From positions 1,824,001 to 1,888,000 of the forward strand of contig CAWEMM010000006.1 of NCBI GenBank assembly GCA_963810095.1: a stretch of 64,000 nucleotides of DNA, written 5' to 3'. Every line of letters begins with the position of its first letter. Within the stretch, counting starts at the first letter, position 1. Positions 31,801 through 42,754 of the stretch are shown here, piece by piece. Made by a program: the position numbers and the translations under genes. The DNA is from an uncultured Chloroflexia bacterium. Its GTDB lineage: Bacteria > Chloroflexota > Anaerolineae > CG2-30-64-16. The notes below the pieces were generated by a model. It searched no databases, was not told the origin of the DNA, and was given only the letters and a program-made list of their open reading frames with translations.

Positions 31801-33284
31801 CAACGGAAGGCGGGCGGCTGATCGTGGTCTGGCAGCGTTACGACGGGCTGTGGCAGCGCAGCACGACTGATGGCGGCGCGACCTGGTCGGAGGCGCGGCA
31901 GATCACGTCTCGCTGGGGAGATCGCGATCCCGCCCTGGCCGCTCGAGGTAACGCCTTATGGCTGGTCTATGAGCGGGAAGCCGAGATCTACTTCCGGACG
32001 AGCACCGACGGCGGCGAGACGTGGCCGGGTGAGCGCGTGTTCACCCACTTTACCGGCCCGGACCGCACGCCCGCGGTGGCGGCGCTTGCCTCTGGCGGGC
32101 TTGGCATTGCCTGGCAGTCGGACCGTGACGGCAACCCCGATATCTGGTACGGCAGTCCGGGCGCGATGGACGACCTGACGCCGCCCCCTTACGTCTTCGA
32201 GATCGAGCACCGTCCCGCGCCAAACCCCGGCGCCGACGATGTCATCACGTTCCGGGCCCGGGCCGCCGACGAAGCAGGGCTGGCGAGTGTCCGGTTGGAG
32301 TGGACGCTGGACGGCGTGCCGCAGTCCCCCCTGAGCATGTTCGACGACGAGGCGCACGGAGACGACGGGACGCGCGACGGGACATGGGGTGTCACGCATG
32401 CACCTCTCCCGGCCGGCAGCGTCGTGACGTACCGCGTCCGTGCGGTTGGCGCCGGCGGCAGCAGCTACGTCTACGAGTCACAGAAATCGCTGACCGTGCT
32501 GCCTGCATTCGTCAAGACCGCGGCCACCCTCCTCGTGCTGGATGCGGGGGGCACGAACGCGCCCAACGACACGGGCTGGTTCCGGCCTTACTACACGCTG
32601 GCGCTCGACGCGGCCGGTTATCGCTTCGACCTGTGGGACACCGAGCTGCGGGGCGAGCCCAGTGCTGAGCTGCTCCGCCGGTACCAAAAGGGCGCGGTTA
32701 TCTGGGCCACGCCCTTCTGGGGCTATCTGACTTCCTGGGACACGGGCGCTGCGGGGCGGCTGGAGGGCTACCTGGCAGGGGGCGGCCGTCTCTTTATCAC
32801 CGGACAGAACATCGGTCAGAGCCTTTCCTGGAGCAGCCTTCTGGGCAATTATCTCCACGCGACCTTCAAACAGGGGGACACCGGGGTGTACGCCCTGGGG
32901 GGCAAGCTGGGGGATCCAATCGGGGGCGGGCTGGCGCTCGATCTTTCGGGGAGCGACGGTGCGAACGACCAGTACTCTACGGACGAAATCGACCCCATTG
33001 AGCCGGCACAGGTCATCTTCTCGTACCGCTCCGGCGGCAGCGATACGCCTGAGGCTGCCGGGCCCGCAGGTGCGCCGGCCGACGAAAGCTCGCCTCAAGC
33101 GAACGTTGGCTCGGGGACCGCGGGCCTGCGGGTGGAGACGGACGTGTACAAGGCGGTCTACTTTGCGTTCGGCTTCGAGGGCATCAACGACGCGCGGCAG
33201 CGGCAGGAGGTCATGCGGCGGGTGCTGGAATGGCTGGACGTTGAACCGGGGGTGCGGGTGTACTTGCCGCTGATCCGACGGTAG
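28847..33284 (+). CDS. Large secreted BNR/Asp-box (sialidase-like) protein with internal duplication, frameshifted near 29170
   Basis: Signal peptide in ORF 28847; many SxDGGxTW Asp-boxes; two FDDxxHxDxG Ig-like domains; C-terminal VYLPLIRR. Confidence 0.8.
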
Positions 33285-33323
33285 ACGGTTGCAGACTAAG
33301 AGTCCCTAACAAAACCTGGTCGT

Positions 33324-33356
33324 GTAGGGGCGCGGCATCCGAAGGATGCCGCGCCC
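33324..33356. repeat. GTAG-type REP hairpin
   Basis: GTAG-gggcgcggcatcc-gaa-ggatgccgcgccc, perfect 13-bp stem. Confidence 0.65.
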
Positions 33357-33469
33357 TCCGGGCGGTTTCCGTCGAGATGTGCTACGCGGCTGCGCGCATG
33401 TTTGGCCTAGTGCAGCTTTTGTGATATCCTTGCACCAAGTCAGCTACCCTGACTGCAAGGAGCTTCCAC

Positions 33470-34207
33470 ATGGAGAATAAGGACGACGCGCTCAAGCGGG
33501 CGCCAGGCGCGCCTGGCCCTTCCGCGATCGTGGCGACCGTCCCCGCCGGGGCGCCGGCTCACGGCCGAAGCAATGGCCATACACCCTACTCGGCTTCGTC
33601 TGACACGTATCGCAGCTTTCCCGAACTTGCGGCAAGCGAACGGCGCAATATCGACTACCGTATCAGCGCAGCGGTCCGGCCATCGCCCGTCGCCATTGTC
33701 GCGCCCCACGGGGGCGCGATCGAACCTGGAACCTCGGAGCTGGCCCGCGCCATTGCCGGCGACACCTTTTCGTACTACTGCTTCGAGAGCATCCGGCCCA
33801 CCGACAACAAGCGGCTGCATATCTCGAGCCATCGCTTCGACGAACCGATCGCACTGTCGATCGTCGAGCCGGCCGAGCTGGTCGTGGTCTTGCACGGTTG
33901 CATCCGGTCCGAGGAGTGCGTCTGGGTTGGCGGCCTGGATCGCCGGCTCGGCGAAACGATGATACGGTCGCTCGAGCACGCCGGCATTCCTGCGGCGTTT
34001 GACGAGACCGCGGAGACGAGCGGGCGGCTGCCGGGCAACCTGTGCAATCGCGGGGCGACGGGGAAGGGCTGCCAGCTAGAGATTACGCACGACCTGCGGA
34101 AGACGCTTTTCGAGGGTCTACACCGCGAGGGCCGCCGCTACCCTCGGCGCCGCTGTGACGAGTTTGCGGGGGCAGTTCGGGCTGCGATCCTGGCCGCGAG
34201 GCTGTAA
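33470..34207 (+). CDS. Poly-gamma-glutamate hydrolase family protein (DUF867/PghP-like)
   Basis: APHGGAIEPGTSE, LHISSHRFDEP, LHG, NLCNR and QLEI motifs. Confidence 0.85.
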   Translation: MENKDDALKRAPGAPGPSAIVATVPAGAPAHGRSNGHTPYSASSDTYRSFPELAASERRNIDYRISAAVRPSPVAIVAPHGGAIEPGTSELARAIAGDTFSYYCFESIRPTDNKRLHISSHRFDEPIALSIVEPAELVVVLHGCIRSEECVWVGGLDRRLGETMIRSLEHAGIPAAFDETAETSGRLPGNLCNRGATGKGCQLEITHDLRKTLFEGLHREGRRYPRRRCDEFAGAVRAAILAARL

Positions 34208-34480
34208 GCGACGGAGATTTAGGTACAACCACAGGGAAACTATCAGTCGATGCCGCATGGGTGTGCGGCGGACGTGTTCTTGCGCCCGCCGCCCCCGACC
34301 AGGGCTGCGCCCCTTGGCGCCCCAAAGGCCACGCTCCGGGTACACGTGGACCCGCCTCGACGGCCGTCCAGTCGATCTCCTCGCCGTTTTAACGGTAGGT
34401 CAGCTCCATACAACCCTCGCTCCCTTCTGTGCGTATTAGAAAGCACAATACCACATAGAGCCCAACGAGGATGCAGCATC

Positions 34481-35363
34481 ATGCCGAAAAACGTCGACTC
34501 CTACCGTTTCATCAATGGGATCACGAAGCGCATGATCCGTTCGTGGATCAGCATGGAGCAGCCCAGGCCCATCCCGTGGACCCCGCTTCGGAAGCCGCTT
34601 TCGCAATGCACCGTGGCGCTGCTCAGCTCGGCCGGCATCGCGCTCGAAGACCGACAAGCCCTTTGACCAGGAGGGCGAGCGCCGTAACCCATGGTGGGGC
34701 GACCCGTCCTACCGGGTCATCCCTGCCGGGACCACCGCGGCCGACGTCAAGCTGTACCATCTCCACATCGACCCCGAGTATGCCGAGCACGACTTGAACT
34801 GCCTGTTCCCCTTGCAGCGGCTGGCGGAGTTGCAAGCGGCGGGCGAACTCGGGCGGGTGGCGCCGCGGCACTACTCGATGATGGGCTACCTGCTGCGGCC
34901 CGAGCGCATGCTGAGCGAGAGCGTGCCCACGATGATCGAGGCGATGCGCGAGGACCGGGTAGACGCCGTGATCCTCGTGCCTGCCTGACCGATCTGCTGC
35001 TGGTCCGTGGGACTGGCGCAGCGCGAGTTCGAGGCGGCGGGCTTCAGCACGATCAGCCTGACCCCCATTCCCGACCTGACGGCCTCCGTCAGCGTGCCCC
35101 GTATCGCGGCCATCGAGTACCCGCTGGGACGGACGCTCGGGCAACCGGGCGACGCGGCCGGCCAGGCGGCGGTGTTGCGCGCGACGGTCGACGCCCTCTG
35201 CACCATCCAGACGCCCGGCGAGATACGTCATCTACCTTTCGAGTGGCCCGAGCCGCCGAAGCAGGTGCACAACGAGCCGCCGGAAGCGCCGCCGATCGGA
35301 AAGTATCTCAGCCGCAACCCGTGGTTCCTGCCGAAACTGTTATCGAGGAACGTGCCGGGATAG
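34481..35363 (+). CDS. PrdB/GrdB-family reductase selenoprotein (Sec at UGA 34986-34988), also frameshifted near 34655
   Basis: PWTPLRKPLSQCTVALLSSAG, GDPSYRVIP, DLNCLFPLQRLAEL, then VDAVILVPA-UGA-PICCWSVGLAQREFEAAGFSTI continuing in frame. Confidence 0.8.
34994..35021 (+). other. Putative bacterial SECIS hairpin
   Basis: ctgc-t-gctggtcc-GTG-ggactggc-gcag stem-loop starting 6 nt after the UGA, with G first in the apical loop. Confidence 0.6.
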
Positions 35364-35437
35364 CGGCGCTGCGTTGCTCTCAAGCGTACGGTGCTCCCCA
35401 GACCTGACAGGTGTGGGGACGCCGTTCGCAGAAATGC

Positions 35438-35466
35438 TTGACAAGTGCCCCTGCCAAGTGTATTAT
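35438..35466 (+). promoter_or_regulatory. Near-consensus sigma70 promoter
   Basis: TTGACA-17 nt-TATTAT, about 150 nt upstream of the SLOG gene start. Confidence 0.7.
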
Positions 35467-35615
35467 TTCACTACCTCGAACATAGCGCTCCGGCGCAACA
35501 TCTCTCCATTCTCCTCAGCCCGAGTGGCATGTCCGATCCAGATCGTGCGTTGTGCGTTAGTCTCTGTCGTACGCCGTTCTTGGCGTTTGGTTACCAGCAC
35601 CCGCGGAGGCAAGCC

Positions 35616-36871
35616 ATGGAAATCTACATCGTTGGATCGCTCCGAGACCCCGTTCCCGGCGAAGGACCCCCTCCCGTTCGTCTCGAACAAGATGGATCGT
35701 CCGGGCTGGAAAAGGGCGTCGACCGAAACACGCTGCCCGAAATGTGTAAGTTCAGAGCCGCCGCCCAAGCCCTCGGATACGCTGGCGGCAAGGCGAAAGC
35801 AACGCTGCGTGTGGGCACCGTAGGTTGGAAGGACTTTGCCCACGGGCAGAGTATGGCCGAATGGGTTATCAAGGGGGCCGACCAGGCGGGGCAGGAGATG
35901 AATAAACCTGTTAAGGTCATCTTCGACGTGCCCAGGCCGAGCGGCAACCCGGGCGAGGACATGCGGTTGGCAATGAATAAACTGGACGATCTGCAGAAGT
36001 TGCCCAGGGTCGACCTCGTTCCCCATTTCCTCCGCGTGACCTATACGGGTCAATCCCTCCCCGACGACCTATCCGAGTCCGACGCGCTCATCCTGTTGGG
36101 GGGCAGCACGGGGACCGAGCGACTCGCATACGGCGCGCACCTGCTGGGGAAGCCGATCGTGCCCGTGAGGTTCTTCGGCCGGGCCGCCGAGCGGGTATAC
36201 CAGCAGATGGTCCGCGATGAACTGGGCGACGCGAATGCCGAGGCGGTCGGCGCGCTGTGCGCTGAGTGGAAGAATGAGATCTCGAAGCAAGATGCGGAGC
36301 CGGGCGCTGCGAACACGGCCCCAGATCCGGAAATGGTGAAACACAACCGGCAGCAGGCCGACGCCGTCCTCCAGTTCGCAAAAACCCTCGTCAGCGAGGG
36401 ACGCCAGATGGATCGCCGCGTGAAGCGACCGCTGGGGTTGGCTCTGGGGGCGATGATCCTGCTGCTGGTTGCCTGGGTTTGGCTGTACGTGACGGGGTCA
36501 CAGGGCGAGGGAAATACTGCGGTCCGGTTCTTCGCGCTGTTGTATGTCTCTGCACTGCTGGGGGCGGGGTTGCGCGTGCTGCAGGCGTATGGGCAGCCCA
36601 ACGGGCTGCGGCTGACGGGGTGGTCGCTTGCCATCCAGGCGGTTCTCGGGTTGGTCATCGCCTTCGGCCTGGCCCTCGTCTACCTGATCGGCGCCATTAC
36701 CTTTACTTCTCAGGTGATCGTTATCGATTCTAAGAAGGCAATTTCGACGCCATCGCGTTGAGCATGTCGCTGTTGGGGTTGGCTGCCGGCTTCCTGCAGC
36801 CGCTCACCGAGCTCGAGAAGCGGCTGAACAAGGCCATCACGGAGCAGAGCGAAGAGGGGCAGCGGGCGTAG
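35616..36871 (+). CDS. SLOG (SMF/DprA-LOG)-like domain with C-terminal TM helices, frameshifted near 36735
   Basis: IYIVGS...AAQALG...SDALILLGGSTGT...KPIVPVRFFGRAAERVY. Three TM helices in frame, and a fourth (IALSMSLLGLAAGFL) in a shifted frame ending at 36871. Confidence 0.6.
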
Positions 36872-36928
36872 CGGGAGAACCGAGCGCGTGCGTATGGGGG
36901 TCAGATGTCGCCGGGCGTCCTGGCTCGC

Positions 36929-38242
36929 TTATTCGCGGCGGGCGGCCGCCGGCGTCCCCTCCTTGATCCCCCGCATGACCAGCGTCCCGGCCAGCGCGCT
37001 GAGCGCGGCCAGGACGAACAGCGCCGGGTAACCGAGGAACTGACCCGGTCGCACGGCGTTCAGCCCGTCGATCATGGGGCCGGCCAGCCGGCTGACCGCG
37101 CCGGCGCCGGCGGTTGCGATGTTCGACAGCCCCAGGTACTTGCCGGCCTCGTCTTGGGGGATCAGGTCGGTCGCCAGCGCCCAGTTGACGCTCAGGAAGA
37201 TGCCGGTGGCTGCGCCGATGACTGCGCCGAAGAGGTACAGCGACGTTACCGACTGCACGAACACCAGCAGGAACAGCCCCAGCGAGGCGAGTCCGCCCAC
37301 GATGACGTTCAATCGCACCCGGCCAAAGCGGTCAGACAGGAGGCCGGCGGGGAACACGAGGAGCGTGAGGGTCAGGCCGATGGTGGCGAGCAGCGCGCCG
37401 GTCACCTGCGCCGCATTCGCCAGCCCCAGGCGGTCGGCGATGTAGTATTGGGCGAACGCCTGGACCGAGTAGATGCCGAGCAGCACCAGGAACCGCCCCG
37501 CGATGAGCCGGCTGTAGGCTGGGTAGCGCCGGGGTTCGACCCGCAGCACGTCGCGCAAATCCCAGTCTACGGCCGACTTTTCGCCCGGCGTCCAAGGTTC
37601 CTCCCGTGTGAAGACCACCGTGATCAGCGTGGCGACGGTCAGCACACCCATGATGATGCCGAACAGGAGCGACACGTTGCCCGACGTGACGAGCTGCCCC
37701 GCGACCAGTGATGCGACGACCAACCCACCCATGTCGAACAGGTTCTTGATCCCGGCGGCGAGTCCCCGCCGCTCCGACGGCACAAGATCGGGGATGAGGC
37801 CTTGCGCGGGACCGTGCGCCGAGTTCGACGCGAACTGCAGCAGCACGTACGTTGCCAGCAGCGCGGGAAATGTGCCCGCGCCGGCCATCAGCAGCAAGCA
37901 AAACAGCGCGGCCGCCGTGCCCGCCACGATCCATGGCCGCCGCCGCCCGAAGCGGGACCGGGTGCGGTCGCTGAGTGCGCCGGCAAACGGCTGGACCAGC
38001 GTCGCGACGACCAGCCCCAGAAACGTCAGGCCACCCAAATAAGTGTTCTTAAGCGCAGGCGGCGCCATGGTCAGGAGCAGCGCGGGGAGTATAATCGGGT
38101 GCAGCGCGTTCCATAGGAAAGCCAGCCCGAACCAGTAGACGTTCAGCGTGACATACGATGCGCTGGACAGGGCGCGGCTCGGCGGCTCGTCCGCAAGGGG
38201 TGGGGGAGCGTTCTGCTCGGCGACGGGCGTATACGGGGCCAT
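36929..38242 (-). CDS. MFS transporter
   Basis: QPFAGALSDRTRSRFGRRRPW and GLLSDRFGR motif A; 12 TM segments. Confidence 0.9.
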   Translation of the reverse strand: MAPYTPVAEQNAPPPLADEPPSRALSSASYVTLNVYWFGLAFLWNALHPIILPALLLTMAPPALKNTYLGGLTFLGLVVATLVQPFAGALSDRTRSRFGRRRPWIVAGTAAALFCLLLMAGAGTFPALLATYVLLQFASNSAHGPAQGLIPDLVPSERRGLAAGIKNLFDMGGLVVASLVAGQLVTSGNVSLLFGIIMGVLTVATLITVVFTREEPWTPGEKSAVDWDLRDVLRVEPRRYPAYSRLIAGRFLVLLGIYSVQAFAQYYIADRLGLANAAQVTGALLATIGLTLTLLVFPAGLLSDRFGRVRLNVIVGGLASLGLFLLVFVQSVTSLYLFGAVIGAATGIFLSVNWALATDLIPQDEAGKYLGLSNIATAGAGAVSRLAGPMIDGLNAVRPGQFLGYPALFVLAALSALAGTLVMRGIKEGTPAAARRE

Positions 38243-38314
38243 GCGGGTCCTTTCTCGGAGGGTGGTTCATGGTATCACGGGGAGAGGCGAAGGCTAAATG
38301 ACGGGTTCCCGCAC

Positions 38315-39072
38315 ATGACCGGGTATCCCTTGCCTAAGGGACAGCTCGCGGAGGTGGCGGGGAGCGTCCTGGCCCTGCGTCCACGCTCGTTTGCCGCCGA
38401 GTCGCTCCGGGCGACGGCGACGCTGAAGCCGCCTGCCCTCTACGAGTGTACCGAGCACATCCCGCCGTCCGGCCCGTTTCTGGTCGTCCACAACCACTAC
38501 AATGCGCCCGGTTACAGTGCGTGGTGGAATGTGCTCGCCATTTCGGCCGCCATCGGCCGTCATCGCGCGCCGGAGGCCGACCGTGAACTGCACTGGATCA
38601 TGACGGCCGCGATCCGCGGCACGGACGACCGGTGGCAGAGCCGGTTGGTGGAGGCGACGACCCAGTGGATGTTCGGGCGGGTGGCGGGGGTGTACGGCTT
38701 CATCAACATGCCGCCCATGCCGCCACGGCCCGGCGAGGAAGCGGAGCACGCTCGGAGCGTGCTGCAGGCGGTGCGGCTGGCCCGGCAGCTTGCGAAGAGC
38801 GGTGGCATTCTCAGTCTCACGCCGGAGGGCCAGGACCATCCGGGCGGGTTCGGCCCCCTGCCCCCCGGCGCGGGCGAGTTCATCGCGCTGCTCGTCGAAG
38901 CCGGGCTGCCCATCCTGCCCTCGGGCGTGAGTCAGGCCGGCACGCAATTGTCGTCCGCTTTGGTCCGGTCTTCACGCCCGAAATCCCCTCGCGCAGGAAC
39001 AACCGGGACGGAGTGGTTGCCGGCCAGGTGAGGGCGGCTATCGGCGCGTGCCTGCCTGGGTCGCGCCTCTAA
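38315..39072 (+). CDS. Lysophospholipid acyltransferase (PlsC-like), frameshifted near 38945
   Basis: IPPSGPFLVVHNHY, LTPEG and LPILPSG; C-terminus VRFGPVF in ORF 38632..39072. Confidence 0.7.
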
Positions 39073-39092
39073 ACCGGCACGCCCTACCGCTT

Positions 39093-40086
39093 CTATAGCA
39101 TCACGAGGGCACGCCGGTTTCCGCCCAGGCGGACCGGCGTTGGCGCCCAGCTCTCGCCTCGGTCGGGGCTGTGCCAGATGTTTCCGTTGCTCAGGGCGGC
39201 ATAAAGCGCACCGGGAACGGCAGGATCGGCGATGAGCGAATAGGGCATGTGAGGCAGCGGCTGGGGCAGCCCGCCCGCAAGGGAACGCCACCCCGCGCCC
39301 TCTCGGCGAAAGATACACGCCTCCGCGTTCTTGTCACCGTGTGCCTGAGAGGGGCCGGGTGCGACCGACACGTACCACGTCGACGGGTCGGTGGGATCGC
39401 CGGTCACCGCCCAGCCGTAGTGCCGGTCCAGGCCCTCGCCCACGTTGGTCCAAGTGCACCCGCCGTCCCGGCTGAAGGCGGCGCCCCCGCCGGTGCCCCC
39501 GGCTTCGTATATCCATTCGCCGTCGCTCGGGTGGAACGCGAGGCTGTGACAGTCGCGCAGCGCGCCTCGGCGGTGGCCCAGCCAGGTGTTGCCGCCGTCG
39601 TTGCTGAAGACGGTCGCGCCAAACTCGATGCCCACCACGATCCTCTGCCGCGTCCGTGGGCGACAGGGCGATCGCCTGGACATACCCAATAAAGGGCGGC
39701 TCGGCGGGCGAGAACCACAGCCGGCACCCGCGAATGCGCCGGAAAGATCTTAACTCTTCCCAGTTTACGCCGGCGTCCCGCGAGACAAAGAGGTGCGCGG
39801 GCCGGGTCCCGGCATAGACCACGTCCTTCTGCGTTCGGCTGGCGGCAATCGCCTTCACCGGCCGGCCGGAGAGGCCCACTGCCCGCCAGGTCTTGCCGCG
39901 GTCGTCCGACCGGAGCACGCCCATGTCGTTCGTGCCTGCGTACACCCTGTCGCCGGCCAACGGGTCAGCAGCGAGGCAGGCGATGTCCCTCCCCGCCAGT
40001 AAGGTTTCGCAGCGGGGCTGCCCGGTCGCCGTCCAGACAGCGCGCGCCAGCCCGCTCCCGGTCACACTAATAAAAACCCTCTCCAT
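39093..40086 (-). CDS. BNR/YVTN beta-propeller protein, frameshifted near 39655
   Basis: RSDDRGKTW, SRDAGVNW, SNDGGNTW, SRDGGCTW and SPDRGESW Asp-boxes. Confidence 0.8.
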
Positions 40087-40155
40087 CACGCTTACTCCTC
40101 CGTCCGTCATACTGGCGGCTCACGTTCCAACTGGCAGCCGCTTGGCACGGCGAGG

Positions 40156-40680
40156 TCAGCGCTCCGCCGTGTGCTCGAACAGGTGCTCGGCAGGAACCTC
40201 GAATAAGCGGGCGACCGAGTGAAAACCGTGGCCGTAGAACGCCGCGCCCAGCCCCCAGTCACTGTCGGGCACCCGTTCAAGTGCGGCCTTGGCAGCATCC
40301 AGCGCGGCATCGTAGCGCCGTCGAACTGCCTCAGGATTGCTCTGGCGCACTTGCCAGCGGATCATCCAGAAACTCGCCGGATCCGCAACCCACTTTGGCA
40401 TGTTAAACATGCCCTTCCCCTGCCGGGCCATCTCAACTTCCTTAGGCAACTGCTCCAGCGCCCATGCCAGGTGCACCAGCACCTCGCCCCTGCTCCAGTC
40501 GCTAAGTGGGCTCTTCTGTCGCCACCGGTCCCCCGAGCTTGCCCGAGCCAGGCGGTGAAAGGCACTACGGGTCGATTCCAACTGAGCCGCCAGCGCGGCC
40601 CGGTCGACAGTTGCCTGACCGGCCGCCGGGTGGCCTGAAGTTGCCTGGGAACTTAATACTGAAATGCTCTCGGTTGCCAT
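40156..40680 (-). CDS. DinB family protein
   Basis: WSRGEVLVHL...EHLFEH. Confidence 0.75.
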   Translation of the reverse strand: MATESISVLSSQATSGHPAAGQATVDRAALAAQLESTRSAFHRLARASSGDRWRQKSPLSDWSRGEVLVHLAWALEQLPKEVEMARQGKGMFNMPKWVADPASFWMIRWQVRQSNPEAVRRRYDAALDAAKAALERVPDSDWGLGAAFYGHGFHSVARLFEVPAEHLFEHTAER

Positions 40681-40766
40681 ATCACGTACTCCTGCTAATA
40701 CAGATGTATGCCCCGCTTGGGGCGTCTCGCTGGCAGATCACCTCACGCTTCTTCTGCCTCCGGAGC

Positions 40767-41374
40767 TCACGGCCTCTGCGGGGCCGGCCGCAGCAGCGCC
40801 TGCACGGCCTCGGTATATTTGTCTACGTCGACGCCGGGGTCGAGTGCCAGTTGCAGCTCCAGGCCGTAGTAGAGCGAGATCAGGGTGTTGCCGAGCGCGA
40901 GCGGGTCGAGCGCCGGATCGAGCTGGCCCTTGGCCTGCGCCGCACGGAGGATCGCCGTCGTCGCGTCACGGTAGAAGGCCAACAGGCTCTGCACGCTCTC
41001 GAGCAGGGCGGGATTGATTAGGGCTTCACCCCAGCCCTGAACGTTTACGCGACCCGCGCCGAGTCCTGCTGCATCTTTGAGCCCGTGGAACAGGAAGCCG
41101 AGCAGGTTCGCCAGCGCGCGCCGAGCGGGTCCTCGCTCTCAGCCGCAGCGTTGAACATGCCCCGGCTGCGCTCGTAATCGAAGTCGAAGCTCCCCGCGAT
41201 GATCTCGTGCTTGCTTTCGAAGTAGTGATAGACCGCCCCGGCACTGAGCCCCGCCTCCTGGTAGATGTCGCGCATCGAGGTCTGGTGGAACCCGTTGCGT
41301 GAGAAGCACCTGTAGGCTGCGTCGATGATCTGCTGGCGGCGGGCCAGGCTATGCTCTTGCGTGACCTTCGGCAT
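40767..41374 (-). CDS. TetR/AcrR family regulator, frameshifted near 41120
   Basis: IIDAAYRCFSRNGFHQTSMRDIYQEAGLSAGAVYHYFESK HTH; C-terminus AQAKGQL. Confidence 0.9.
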
Positions 41375-41391
41375 CACGGTCCTCGGTATTA

Positions 41392-41441
41392 AAAATCGAA
41401 CGATCAATTTATTTATAGCACATAAGTCGTGCTCTTGTCAA
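41392..41441 (-). promoter_or_regulatory. TetR promoter with adjacent palindromic operator
   Basis: Minus strand reads TTGACA-18 nt-TATAAA, immediately followed by the imperfect palindrome AAATTGATCGTTCGATTT. Confidence 0.65.
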
Positions 41442-41539
41442 TACCCTTGAACCGGTCTGGAGAGAACTTGCCCGAAATAAGAAAGGGGCGCTGCTCAGCC
41501 GGCCGCAACGCCCCTTTCGCGAGTGTCGAAGTGTGGCGC

Positions 41540-42754
41540 TCAGGTCGCCAGGGCCGGGCCCGCTTCCTCGACCTGTGCCGGCTTCATCCCAAACAGCAGC
41601 CGGAGCACCCCCACCCGCTTGACAACGAACTCGACGAGGGCGAGCGTGATCGCGAACGCGCCGAACCCGACGATCAGCATCTTGGGCAGCAGGCCCATGT
41701 CCCATTGGACGGCGAAGTACGCGATGACGATGATCACGGGCTGGTGGAGCACGAAGAACGGCAGCAGCACGTCGAGGCTGTAGGTCAGGCCGCGGTTTGT
41801 AAAGTTGAGGAATCGCATGCCGACGAACAACATGAGAGATGTCCCGCACCACGCGGCCACCGTGACGAACGCCCACACGAGGAACGCGGCTAACGTGACG
41901 GGACGCTTTTCGAGATCGAAGCCGAGCGACATCGCCAGATAGCCGAACGCAGCTGTACTTACCAACAGGACGGTAAGGAGGGTGGCCCAATCGCGCCGGA
42001 TCGCGCGCGTAAATCGTTCGTCCGTGTAAACCAGGTAGCCCAGGACGAAGAAGGCGCCGTATGAGACGAAGTCGGCCCAGTCGTGCTGCACCGGGAAGAA
42101 GGGTTGCAGCAGCAGCCGCAGGGCGATCAGCGGGACGATAAAGACGAGGATACCGCCGCGATACTCGCACAACTTGGCCAAGCGTGACACGAACCGCTGG
42201 CCCGCCGTGCCGCGCAGCCACAGGAAGAGCGGCAACGCGAGCAGCGAAAACGCGAACAGGTAGCCCAGAAACCACATATGGTAGCCGATGGCGCCGAACC
42301 ATTTGGGACCGGGGAGCAAGAAACGTTCGTCGACAAACTGGGCGAGCGTCTGCGCCGTCACCCCGGTCTCGACCCGATGGCGCCAGGAGAGGTAGATCTG
42401 AATTGGGCCCAGCAGGAGCGTGCCGGTGAGGAAGGGGACCAGCAGCCGGAGCGTGCGCTCCCGGGTAAACGCGCCGGCCGTGCGGTGGCGCAGCGCAAAA
42501 TAGCTGCCTGCGCCGGCAATCAGGAAGAAGAGGGGCATGCCCCACGGAAAGACCATGCCCTGAACGATCGTGATCGCTTCGCTCTGCTCGGCGTTCTTGA
42601 TCTCGAAGCCGACCGTGTTGAACACGTCGCTGACGTGGACGAGGAAGACCGCGAAGATGGCGATGACGCGCAGCCAGTCGAGATAGTGCAGGCGAGGCTT
42701 GGCAGCGGGCGTGCCGGTGCGCGACGTGGCCTGTGGAAGTGAGATCGCTCCCAT
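41540..42754 (-). CDS. Acyltransferase-3 family membrane protein (MdoC-like)
   Basis: RLHYLDWLRVIA..H, WGMPLFFLIAG, ERTLRLLVP, HMWFLGYLF, FFVLHQP. Confidence 0.9.
   Translation of the reverse strand: MGAISLPQATSRTGTPAAKPRLHYLDWLRVIAIFAVFLVHVSDVFNTVGFEIKNAEQSEAITIVQGMVFPWGMPLFFLIAGAGSYFALRHRTAGAFTRERTLRLLVPFLTGTLLLGPIQIYLSWRHRVETGVTAQTLAQFVDERFLLPGPKWFGAIGYHMWFLGYLFAFSLLALPLFLWLRGTAGQRFVSRLAKLCEYRGGILVFIVPLIALRLLLQPFFPVQHDWADFVSYGAFFVLGYLVYTDERFTRAIRRDWATLLTVLLVSTAAFGYLAMSLGFDLEKRPVTLAAFLVWAFVTVAAWCGTSLMLFVGMRFLNFTNRGLTYSLDVLLPFFVLHQPVIIVIAYFAVQWDMGLLPKMLIVGFGAFAITLALVEFVVKRVGVLRLLFGMKPAQVEEAGPALAT

Noticed and set aside
33299-33318. gagtccctaacaaaa as an IS terminal repeat
   Set aside because: I found no matching partner end and no transposase in the window.
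34210-34480. Possible riboswitch upstream of the selenoprotein
   Set aside because: Several short hairpins are present but none matches a riboswitch consensus I can recognise. An Rfam search would be needed.
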